Origin: an uncultured Bifidobacteriaceae bacterium
GTDB taxonomy: Bacteria; Actinomycetota; Actinomycetes; S36-B12; CAIYMF01
Direction of reading: 5' to 3'
DNA: 64,000 bases
Assembly (NCBI GenBank): GCA_964418695.1
Contig: CAYQMN010000013.1
Location: 48-64,047 of the forward strand
In this document: positions 1 through 8,051 of the stretch, piece after piece
Numbering within the stretch: the stretch's first letter is position 1
How the letters are laid out: each line of letters begins with the position of its first letter
Notes under the pieces: model-generated
Told to the model about the DNA's origin: nothing
What the model saw: the letters and a program-made list of their open reading frames with translations, nothing else
Database searches by the model: none
Translations under genes and position numbers: made by a program

Positions 1-93
1 GATCAGGGTTCAGACGAGCTTGATGCCGCACGGCGGGCCTTGGGAATCGACCTCGACGACGAGGAGGACCACCCGGGCGGCCATGGCGGGTGA
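1..93 (+). CDS. 3' end (window-truncated) of a small protein paralogous to ORF 1573..2025; candidate RHS-associated immunity protein
   Basis: Frame 1 reads ..DELDAARRALGIDLDDEEDHPGGHGG*. This matches the C-terminus ..DELDAARRALGIDSDHEEDSPGRYGG* of ORF 1573..2025. The stop TGA 91-93 lies in the same GGnTGACCTCAC junction that precedes both RHS fragments. Confidence 0.45.
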   Translation, partial: DQGSDELDAARRALGIDLDDEEDHPGGHGG

Positions 94-1503
94 CCTCACG
101 CGGACGACGACCACCGGCTTTGACGGTGGTGGTCGGGTGATCAGCTCGACGATGGTGGTGGAGGGTGCGCCTTCGGGGGATAGGGCGGTGCCGGAGACGA
201 CGACCACGTTTTGGCCGGAGACCGGGTTGACCAAGTCGGTGACCGCGGGTGGGGCTACGGCGACCACGTCGTATGACGTGTTGGGTCGGGTGACCTCGCA
301 GTCCGATGGGGCGGGCAATACCGCGACCACCGACTACGACAGCGCCGGCCGGGTCAAGGTCACCAACGACGGAAAGGCGTCCACCAGCTACGGGTACGAC
401 GGTCAGGATGCGGCTGGGAAGGCGGAGTTCCGGGGGCTGGTGACGTCGAAGGCGGTGGCCGGTCTGGTCGGGGCCCAGGGCGAGTTCAAGGCCGCCTACG
501 ACGCCGATGGCGCGCTGATGGTCGAGGTGCACCCGAACGGGATGACCGCCACCACGGTCTCGGATCCGGCTGGGCAGGTGCTGGATCAGACGTGGCGGGC
601 CGCCGATGGGTCGCTGTTGACGCAGTCGACGCGGTCGTGGGGTTCGGATGGGAATGTGGTCACCGATTCTGGGTTGGGTCGGGAGAGCAGCTACCGCTAT
701 GACGGGGCGGATCGGCTGGTGCGGTCCAGCACGGTGTTGGAGATGGCCGGGTCGTGCACGGTGCGTGAGTATGCCTTCGATGATGATTCGAATCGGACGG
801 GGTTGAAGGTGTGGGCGGGGTCGGCGGGGGCGTGCCCGGCGGGCACCGGCACTCCGGATAGCGCCAGTCCGCGCGGCTACGACAGCGCTGGGCGGGCGAC
901 CTTGTCCGGGTACGGCTATGACGATCTGGGTCGGACCCGGACCCTGCCAGGGGCGGACAGCCCGACTGGGGCTGAGGTGTCGTTCACGTACTTCGGGAAT
1001 GATCTGGTCGCGTCGATGAGCGCCGGCACAACCACCCGGGCGTACGGGTTGGACGCGCTTGGGCGGATCGCGTACTGGACCGACACCGTCAGTGGCTCGG
1101 CCGGGCCGACGAGTCGGAATCACTATGACGACGGCTCGGATTCTCCGGCGTGGACCGAGAACGGGGATGGGACGTGGTCCCGTCCGGTGACCGGGATCGG
1201 CGGGAGCCTGGCCCTCACGGTCAGTGGGGATGCTGGTGGGCCGACCGCCACGACCGGGCAGATCGCCGATCTGCATGGTGATGTGGTGGCCACGATCGCG
1301 AACACGGACGGGGCGAACACGCTGGCCAGCGCCACCACGTACACCGAGTACGGGGCCCAGGCCACGGCACCACCCAGGCCCGCTACGGGTGGATGGGTGG
1401 CAAGCAACGCCAGACCGAGGCCCTCACCGGGCTGCTGCCCATGGGCGTGCGCCTGTACTGGGAAGAGGTGCTCCAAGTGGTCCGTGTCCTCCGGCAGGAT
1501 TGA
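92..1503 (+). pseudogene. Orphan RHS/YD-repeat protein fragment with no N-terminus of its own, an internal frameshift and no C-terminal toxin tip
   Basis: Frame 2 from 92 reads DLTRTTTTGFDGGGRVISS..SYDVLGRVTSQSDGAGNTATTDYDSAGRV.., with YD/GR-type RHS repeats throughout. Homology begins at the stop codon of the preceding ORF. After ..TYTEYGA (about 1345-1365) the RHS core consensus continues only in frame 1: 1381-1503 = RYGWMGGKQRQTEALTGLLPMGVRLYWEEVLQVVRVLRQD*. The frame stops 14 codons after GVRLY, where the sequence turns low-GC. Confidence 0.75.
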
Positions 1504-1572
1504 GGTTGGACTTGATTATGGCCCCAAGACGTGGGATGTACTTCGTCATACAATGGAGCCGAGGAGTCGAGA

Positions 1573-2025
1573 ATGACACCGTGGGACGCTATCCTCGCGC
1601 TGCTGATCCCGTTGTTCATCGCAGTTCTGCTGATCCTCTTCTTCAACAGGCCGAAACTCGACGACAGGGCTGTCTCGAGGCGAATAGCCCGACTGGATGA
1701 AGGCAAACATGCAGATATCCCGATCAGGTTCACCTCTGATCCGGAAGCGGCACATGGCTGGGCGCTGATCCTTCTCCGCGTTCATCCGTCTCGCGGGCGA
1801 GCCTGGAGCTACGATCCAAGACATGGAAGGTACATGACCGGGATTCTTGAAGGCGTCGAGAGGCCAGCACGCTTCTGGCCAGGTTGGGTGATTCTCCCGT
1901 CGACAGAAGAATTCTCGAAGGCGGAATGGATTGGAATTCGTGTAGATGAACTGGATGCCGCGCGACGCGCCCTGGGGATCGATTCCGACCACGAGGAAGA
2001 CTCTCCGGGTAGGTATGGCGGATGA
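1573..2025 (+). CDS. Small membrane-anchored hypothetical protein; candidate immunity protein of the RHS cassette array
   Basis: ATG 1573 is preceded by GAGGAG (1561-1566). There is an N-terminal hydrophobic helix (ILALLIPLFIAVLLILFF). GC is visibly lower than in the flanks. The ORF sits directly 3' of an RHS fragment, and its last ~25 codons are duplicated at 1..93. Confidence 0.5.
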   Translation: MTPWDAILALLIPLFIAVLLILFFNRPKLDDRAVSRRIARLDEGKHADIPIRFTSDPEAAHGWALILLRVHPSRGRAWSYDPRHGRYMTGILEGVERPARFWPGWVILPSTEEFSKAEWIGIRVDELDAARRALGIDSDHEEDSPGRYGG

Positions 2026-2317
2026 CCTCACTGCCAAGGCTTCCTGTACGCGGGATCTGGCGGTCGCGCGGGAGGTGTCGGGGTCGACGATCCGGACGTC
2101 GACCACGGGCTATGACGCGGATGGTGGGGTGATCAGCTCGGCGACGGTGGTGGAGGGTGCGCCCGCGGGGGACAGGGTGGTGCCGGAGACGACGAGCACC
2201 TATTGGCCGGAGACGGGGTTGACCAGGTCGGTGTCCGCGGGTGGGGCGACGGCGACCACGTCGTACGACGTGTTGGGTCGGGTGATCTCGCAGTTGGCGG
2301 CGAGCAGGGTTGCGTGA
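2024..2317 (+). pseudogene. Second, shorter orphan RHS fragment (duplicate of the 92..300 segment, abruptly truncated)
   Basis: Reads DDLTAKASCTRDLAVAREVSGSTIRTSTTGYDADGGVISSATVVEGAPAGDRVVPETTSTYWPETGLTRSVSAGGATATTSYDVLGRVISQ.., near-identical to 92..300 apart from a ~20-codon indel. Similarity ends at ~2290 and the frame stops at 2317. It starts at the stop codon of ORF 1573..2025. Confidence 0.65.
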
Positions 2318-2395
2318 CGATGGATGCACTAACGAGCAGATTATTCGGGCGGCCGGGAGGACGAACCGAAAGATGAATCGGCTATCTGGAGTCAA

Positions 2396-2794
2396 GTGAC
2401 AATGCTAATCTGGTGTAGGGATCGTCTGGTCCCCGAAAGGCATGTCTGGAGTTACGACACCGAACGTCGCTCCTGGAGACGATGGACGTGGCGGATTGAT
2501 TCTTCCGAAGCCGACGAGATGCCAACTGCGGGATGCGTGGTCGGGGAGGACCCGGACAGGATCGTCGCAGTCATAGAAGTAGAGTCGCGTCGCATCCTAT
2601 TCGTAGGTACTGTCGAATTTGATCTGTCAAGAGGAGGGGTATTCACACATAGATGTTGGGGAATCCTGTCCGAATTTCGAGCAGAGCAAGAGGGCAGGAG
2701 CGTTCGTGTGTGGAGGCTTGAGTTCTCTGAGCTTCACTTGAGGGAACCGTGGTACATCGGAAAGCCGTGGGGTCGTGGTTTCCCCTCGCCGTGA
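2396..2794 (+). CDS. Hypothetical protein (atypical codon usage, low GC); possible orphan immunity gene
   Basis: 132-codon ORF with rare codons for this genome (ATA, AGA, AGG, CTA), located between an RHS fragment and an IS21 relic. I recognised no motif. Confidence 0.3.
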   Translation: MTMLIWCRDRLVPERHVWSYDTERRSWRRWTWRIDSSEADEMPTAGCVVGEDPDRIVAVIEVESRRILFVGTVEFDLSRGGVFTHRCWGILSEFRAEQEGRSVRVWRLEFSELHLREPWYIGKPWGRGFPSP

Positions 2795-2869
2795 TCGCGC
2801 TGCTTGCGTCGGGCGGCGGGCATATTGCCGATTCCCAGGCCAGGGATCTTTCGGCCTACGTGGAATGAT

Positions 2870-3300
2870 TCCGGGCGCCTCTGGCCCGATCAGGCACACG
2901 TTCTCGGCGGCCCGGACCCACTCCAGGCTGGCGAGGTAGTCGAACGTTGCCGGTGGGATCGACGACGCGGTCACGTCGAACGCCTCGAGGGCCTTGACCA
3001 CCGGGAACGCGGCTGCCCGCCGCCGGGCCTCGGTGTTGTTGGACGCCTCCCGGGCGGTGATCCGGCATCCACGAGGGTGCGCCGGAACTCCTCGGGGTTC
3101 CATCGTTGGGCGCGGGCGGTGACCAGCAGCTCGGGGGCCAGCCGGCGCATCGCGGCCATCTTCAACCGCTTCAACCCGTCGGCCGGTTCCGCGGGCAGCG
3201 GTGGCGGGGTGGTGGCGGTCACGCCGGATCACCCCCCGTGGTCGATGCGGTAGGCGTCCAACGAGTGGGTCGGCACGACCGGCAGGGTCATGCACCAGCG
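2870..3300 (-). mobile_element. IS21-family relic: frameshifted, 3'-truncated istB plus the last codons of istA
   Basis: Minus-strand frames give LKRLKMAAMRRLAPELLVTARAQRWNPEEFRRTLVDA. A second frame continues with EASNNTEARRRAAAFPVVKALEAFDVTASSIPPATFDYLASLEWVRAAENVCLIGP. Together these are the N-terminal half of IstB. The reading breaks at the Walker A position (LIGPEAPG..). An upstream ORF end ..PVVPTHSLDAYRIDHGG* (3229..) is consistent with an IstA C-terminus. There is no intact transposase and I identified no terminal inverted repeats. Boundaries are approximate. Confidence 0.7.
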
Positions 3301-3491
3301 CCTGCTCCGAGTGTCATCGCGCGTCGCCAACGAGGTGGGCAAGATAGTGGGCCGGCCGACCGGGTGAGTACTACTGTCGTTCTCGTACGAAGAAGGCCAG
3401 CGGCAGCACGCACGCAAATCTGACCCATAGGTGAGGCCACCATGAGTGCTTCAACTATCACCTCAATATCAAGTAGGAAAGGGGCCGAGCC

Positions 3492-4007
3492 GTGCGATGG
3501 GTGAGGCCTTGGGAGCGCGCCGCGTTGGGTGGTGCGTCCAATGCGGTGCTCGCTGCTGTCGAGGAAGGCTTTTCTGAGAGTCGCGCCTGTACCATGTCGA
3601 GGCGAGTCGCCGAGGTGGAACTTCGGCCGAGAATCGGAGTTCCCGTTGATCAGCGAGCTCTAGATTGGGATCTGCTCCGCGTTGCAATCGCAGGTGGCCC
3701 AGGACCGTTCGCTTTCTATTTGACTGCTTGGGCCGAGCCAGCCGATGTCTTGGAGGCATGGATCTCGACTCCTTTCGGCGATCTGGAGATGGTGCTCTAT
3801 CCTGATTCAGATGACATTGATCGATACTGCACAAAGGTGTCCGAAAGCATCCGTGCACTTCTCGATGCGGAGATGTGTGTGCGACTCGATGCCAATGGAA
3901 GCGTCTCGCTGAGCCCACTACCTGAGGCTGCAGTGTGGGGACCCGACAACTCCTCGATCCAGTTTGCCTGCCAGGACGGAGTGCCATTTGTGAGGTGGAT
4001 CGTGTGA
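3492..4007 (+). CDS. Hypothetical protein (acidic, low-GC accessory region)
   Basis: GTG 3492 has AGGAAAGGGG about 8 nt upstream. The composition is protein-like, unlike the Arg-rich overlapping minus-strand ORF 3469..4089. No recognisable family motif. Confidence 0.4.
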   Translation: MRWVRPWERAALGGASNAVLAAVEEGFSESRACTMSRRVAEVELRPRIGVPVDQRALDWDLLRVAIAGGPGPFAFYLTAWAEPADVLEAWISTPFGDLEMVLYPDSDDIDRYCTKVSESIRALLDAEMCVRLDANGSVSLSPLPEAAVWGPDNSSIQFACQDGVPFVRWIV

Positions 4008-4402
4008 CGTGCGAGCCGGTCACGATACGACCTCGACGGGTGAAATCGGTGGCGCTCGGCCATCTGGCTGGCACGGATGCCACGCTCACCTCTGCCGCAT
4101 TCGTTCCTGTTAGCTTTCCCGCATATCGCGTCCGGCATTCGATCGTTCGGGAATGGGTGGTGAGGCGATGGGTGTCCCAGACGAGGCGTGGGGATCGTCG
4201 GTCTTGGCTTGTTCACTGGTGATGTGCGGGATTGGCCGCTTCGTTCTGGGCGTCATCGACGGGGGATCCCTCCATCGGCTGCTGCGTGCTGGGGAAAGTG
4301 CTCGGGCGACGCATGTTCCGAAAGCACGGATGGTGGTGGGTAGATTGATTGATGCGGTCCACCCGAGATTGCAATTCACCGGGATCACCATCGTGGGGGT
4401 GA

Positions 4403-4711
4403 ATGTCGATGCTGCAAGACGTTGAGCCAACTCCGCCGTTCTTCCTGGTCGAAGCATTCGGGCATGTGAATCATGTCGAGTCCCTTGATGACCTCCTCAA
4501 TCTTGAGCCCATGATGGTCGAGGAGACCACCGTTCTGACGGATTCGGAGGGAAGGCTGCTCTCCTGGAACGGGCCGGACCCGGCCGACGGCGTCAGTGTC
4601 GTGGGTGCTCCAGGAAGTGCGGAACGGATACTCGAACGGCTCGGACTTCCCAGGTGGCCCGTCGGCGTCGACGATCTGGAGGTACTCAACCGCCACCGGC
4701 GATCCTGGTGA
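4403..4711 (+). CDS. Hypothetical small acidic protein
   Basis: ATG 4403 is preceded by a GGGGG run. The 102-aa product is acidic and has plausible composition. No motif recognised. Confidence 0.35.
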   Translation: MSMLQDVEPTPPFFLVEAFGHVNHVESLDDLLNLEPMMVEETTVLTDSEGRLLSWNGPDPADGVSVVGAPGSAERILERLGLPRWPVGVDDLEVLNRHRRSW

Positions 4712-4986
4712 GCGCGACCGCACCAGCATGCGCCACCGCAAGGGCGCAATCTCCACCTCGCCAACATGCCGGTAGCGTGCATCGGCAGGAAGACGGGTGG
4801 TGACTTCCGATGGCTGGGCCTGAGGGACGGCTCGAGCGACAGTTCGCGGTCCTGGTCCAGTGCAAGACGGCCAGTCGGGTGTCGACACGGCACTCTGGCC
4901 GCGCCGCGCGCCCCCCTTCTGCGATTTCGCCGGTGCCTCGGTGCTGTGGGACCATCGACCGATCCCCAACCTGTCGAGGAGACACC

Positions 4987-5061
4987 ATGAGCAAGCGCGC
5001 CCGCAAGCGCCGGTCTCGCAAGGGCAAGGCCGCCAACCGCGGTCGTCGTCCCAACGCCTGA
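4987..5061 (+). CDS. Ribosomal protein bL37-like micro-protein (24 aa)
   Basis: ATG 4987 opens MSKRARKRRSRKGKAANRGRRPNA*. This closely resembles, as I recall it, the actinobacteria-specific large-subunit protein bL37 (M. smegmatis MAKRGRKKRDRKHSKANHGKRPNA). Confidence 0.7.
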   Translation: MSKRARKRRSRKGKAANRGRRPNA

Positions 5062-5152
5062 GCACCGCCGAGTCTGCGCTGGGTGGCCGGCAGCCCTGCG
5101 CCGGCCCCAGCGCACTCGCATCTCCGGGCGCTGGCCTCTCTATGGTGGCCCG

Positions 5153-5566
5153 GTGACCGTCGCCACCTTCACCGTCACCGTCGACGACACCGCCCAGGCA
5201 CTGGGTAGCGGGGACGTGCCTGTGCTGGGCACGCCACGGCTCCTGGCGTGGATGGAGCAGGCAACCGTGCTGGCCGCTGCGCCCCATCTGGCGCCGGGCG
5301 GCACCACGGTCGGCGTCCAGGTTGAGCTCACCCACAGTCGCGCCAGCCGCGTGGGCACGCGGGTGCACGTGGAGGTCATCGAGATCGAGGTGGGGGAGCG
5401 TCAGCTGATCCTCCACGTCGTCGCCCGCGAAGAGTCGCCGGCTGCGGCATCCCCGGGCGGGACGGTCCCGGGCCAACCCGGCGCCGAGATCGGTCGCGCC
5501 CGCGTGGTCCGGGCCCGCGTGGACCGCGAGCGCTTCCTCGCCCGACTCGCCGACGACCGCAGCTGA
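5153..5566 (+). CDS. Hotdog-fold thioesterase (FlK/thioesterase superfamily-like)
   Basis: The segment ..GSGDVPVLGTPRLLAWMEQATVLAAAPHLAPGGTTVGVQVELTHSRASRVGTRVHVEV.. parallels the fluoroacetyl-CoA thioesterase-type hotdog layout. Confidence 0.65.
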   Translation: MTVATFTVTVDDTAQALGSGDVPVLGTPRLLAWMEQATVLAAAPHLAPGGTTVGVQVELTHSRASRVGTRVHVEVIEIEVGERQLILHVVAREESPAAASPGGTVPGQPGAEIGRARVVRARVDRERFLARLADDRS

Positions 5567-5723
5567 GCGCGGCGGCCGTGCTGGCCCGCCGTGACGGCTT
5601 TCGCGAGGTGGCCGATCCCGGTCCGCTCCCGCGGCCGGTCCGCTCCCGCGGACGGCCGATGCCGCCTCGCAGCGCATCAGGCAACGCGCGCGCCACCACC
5701 CCGCCGTCGAGCACGGTGATCGG

Positions 5724-6860
5724 TCAGATGGTGGCCGCCAAGTCTCGGACGAGTGTCTCCACACCTCTGAGTTGCCGATCGACCTCGTGCAGCGTGGCGG
5801 TCGCGGGCAGCTCGATCCGGGCGCCGAACATGCATTCGTGGAAGGGCCCTTGGGCGACCTTCATCCCCCAGCCCTTGCCCAACCACGTCGGGGCACCGTC
5901 CTCCACGACCGACAGCCAGTGCTGTCGGTCGATCGGGTGCTTCGGGCGGGCTGATGTCGTCTGCCAAGGCCGGCCGTCGCCAGCCCTCTTCCCGGTGGCA
6001 TCGAGGACGTGCGCGCTGAACATGCGGTGCAAGAGAGCCCAGTCGAAGTGCTCGGAGGTGTCGGTGTCCGCCAAGCGCAGGCCGACGAGGATGACCGGAC
6101 CCCGCAGCCGGTCGCGATAGGGCCGGTTCGGATCGGGCTGCCATTCGTACGCGGTCATCCCCTCCTGGAGCTCGGCGGTGACCGCATGGGTCGGATTGCT
6201 CGCGGTCGCCCACAAGCGGACCGCCCAGCTGCCTCCACCAGACGAAGGGGCCATGTCGTGGTCCAGCTCGCACCACGAGTCGGCTTGCGTTGCCAACCAC
6301 GCGATCCGCGCACGCAGATCGAGCTCCATGCCAGAGGGAGTGTCGGTGACCTCGTTCCAGATCGTCTGCCCGTCGAGGGGTGGGACCAGCGCGTCCAGCT
6401 GGCCGATCCACGCGCGTGCGGTGGCCCTGACCCAGGCGTTCGCACTGGTCGTGTAGACGTCCAGCACCTTCTCCCAGGTCAGCGATGCCCAGCGGGGATG
6501 GCGCTGCAGGTCCACGGGCAGTCGTTGCAGATGCAGCACCGAGTAAGACTCCAGCACCGGGAAGGTGTGCAGGTAGCGGTCCAGCTGTCGCGGGCCCAGG
6601 TCGGACAGGAGCTTGGCTTCGATCGCTGCCACCGGGGTGCCGTCGCGCTCGAGGAGTACGTCCAATCGGTCAGCACGCCGGCCGGGGATGGTCACCTCGC
6701 GTCGAATGCTGGTGAACGTGACGCCAAGGAGCGCCTCCAGAGGAGCGGGATCCGTGGCAACCAGAGTCGCCAGCAGATCACTCCACCGGTTCTCGGCAGA
6801 CCCGGGGATGAGGAACGACAGGGTCGGCGCAGCGCCCCTGCGTGGCCGGACGACCTCCAC
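5724..6860 (-). CDS. PD-(D/E)xK nuclease superfamily-like protein
   Basis: The start is GTG 6860 (alternative GTG 6890). The core RRADRLDVLLERDGTPVAAIEAKLLSDLGPRQLDRYL fits D..(D/E)xK. The remaining N-terminal part of the 1088-aa track ORF is antisense GC artefact. Confidence 0.55.
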   Translation of the reverse strand: MEVVRPRRGAAPTLSFLIPGSAENRWSDLLATLVATDPAPLEALLGVTFTSIRREVTIPGRRADRLDVLLERDGTPVAAIEAKLLSDLGPRQLDRYLHTFPVLESYSVLHLQRLPVDLQRHPRWASLTWEKVLDVYTTSANAWVRATARAWIGQLDALVPPLDGQTIWNEVTDTPSGMELDLRARIAWLATQADSWCELDHDMAPSSGGGSWAVRLWATASNPTHAVTAELQEGMTAYEWQPDPNRPYRDRLRGPVILVGLRLADTDTSEHFDWALLHRMFSAHVLDATGKRAGDGRPWQTTSARPKHPIDRQHWLSVVEDGAPTWLGKGWGMKVAQGPFHECMFGARIELPATATLHEVDRQLRGVETLVRDLAATI

Positions 6861-7079
6861 CTGGGAGTGGTCGACTTGCTCCTCCGCCACGCCACAGGAG
6901 TCTAGGGAGCGGTCCGGCCCTTCTCTCGTCACGTCGCTGTGGCGTCCAGCAGCCCACCGAACGCCGCGCGACCCTTGCGGGAGCCTTAACCGAGCGATCA
7001 CCGTGCCGTTCCCGAGTCGGCACCTACCGTTCTGGCAGCCCAGCGCCTCGGCGACTGGGACCCACCCGGAAGGACGCAC

Positions 7080-7838
7080 ATGTCGCTCAAGCTCCGCTCG
7101 GCCGCCACGGTGGCTCTGGCCTGCACCCTCGCCGTCACCTCGGCGGGTGGGATGGCCGCCGCCCACCAGGGGCCGCACGGCAAGCCCGCCGCGCACGCCA
7201 AGCACGTCAAGGTCGTGAAGCCCGCCAAGCCGGCCAAGTCCGTCGCCTACAAGAACACCTGCAAGGTGAAGAAGGCCGCGCTGCCCAGCAGCGTGGAGGG
7301 GGCGCCCGCGCTGTTCACACCCAAGGCCTTCAAGCCGCACACCGGCGCCAAGGGCGTCTACATCTGGCACGAGAAGGCCGGCTGGCGGGTCCGCGTGACC
7401 CACGACCTGACCAACCCGTCCACTACGACCGCCAAGGGCAAGGTCGTGCCCGGCAAGCCGGTCCTCGTCGAGTTCCGCGGCAAGATCACGTCGACCAAGA
7501 AGCTGACCGGCGTGCGCACCGTGCGCCTGGAGGACCGCCAGCGCGGCGAGTGGGTGTCGGTCAAGCGGCACCAGCGCAAGACCCTCGACTTCCGCTTCGT
7601 GAACGGCGGCTTCGTCGACGGGATCAACTTCAACGCCGGCTGCTCGGGCAAGCTCACGTTCACCGTCTCCCAGGTCGTCCGCGACGCCTCGGGCAAGGTG
7701 ACCAGCCGGGTGGCGGTGCCCGTGTTCGTCGGCCAGGCGCCGACCACGCTGACCAGCGCGACCACCCCGGCGCTGGTCACCACGCCGACCGCGTCGAAGG
7801 TCACGATCCTGCGTGCGCCGGTGGCCAAGAAGTCCTGA
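7080..7838 (+). CDS. Secreted hypothetical protein with a Lys-rich N-terminal region
   Basis: ATG 7080 has GGAAGGA upstream. There is a signal peptide (MSLKLRSAATVALACTLAVTSAGGMAAA). No known domain recognised. Confidence 0.7.
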   Translation: MSLKLRSAATVALACTLAVTSAGGMAAAHQGPHGKPAAHAKHVKVVKPAKPAKSVAYKNTCKVKKAALPSSVEGAPALFTPKAFKPHTGAKGVYIWHEKAGWRVRVTHDLTNPSTTTAKGKVVPGKPVLVEFRGKITSTKKLTGVRTVRLEDRQRGEWVSVKRHQRKTLDFRFVNGGFVDGINFNAGCSGKLTFTVSQVVRDASGKVTSRVAVPVFVGQAPTTLTSATTPALVTTPTASKVTILRAPVAKKS

Positions 7839-7852
7839 TCCGACCCACCAGC

Positions 7853-7894
7853 GCGGGCCCCGGCCCCGGTCCTCGCGGCCGGCCCGGGGCCCGC
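7853..7894 (+). terminator. GC-rich hairpin downstream of 7080..7838
   Basis: GCGGGCCCCGG (7853-7863) pairs perfectly with CCGGGGCCCGC (7884-7894). There is no T-tract, which is common in actinobacteria. Confidence 0.5.
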
Positions 7895-7920
7895 GCCGTG
7901 CCCGCGACCCGTCGCAGCCT

Positions 7921-7971
7921 CCGGCCCGCCGCCCAGCCCGCCGGCCCGCCGCCCAGCCCGCCGGCCCAGCC
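7921..7971. repeat. 20-bp tandem repeat, about 2.5 copies
   Basis: CCGGCCCGCCGCCCAGCCCG occurs twice, followed by a partial third copy. The repeat is intergenic. Confidence 0.8.
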
Positions 7972-8051
7972 GCTCGACGCGCCGAGGTGTCCCCCGCGGG
8001 GCGCGAGTGCGCGGCTAGAGTGGGTGGAGGCCGGCAGGGAGGACGACGACC

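Noticed and set aside
3229-3417. 62-aa minus-strand ORF as an intact gene
   Set aside because: Only its last ~20 codons resemble an IstA C-terminus, and the rest lies in low-GC non-coding-looking sequence. I treated it as part of the IS21 relic.
4153-4425. 90-aa plus-strand ORF with one hydrophobic segment in the accessory patch
   Set aside because: It overlaps ORF 4403..4711, has no SD or motif, and competes with several equally weak ORFs on both strands. The evidence is insufficient to call it.
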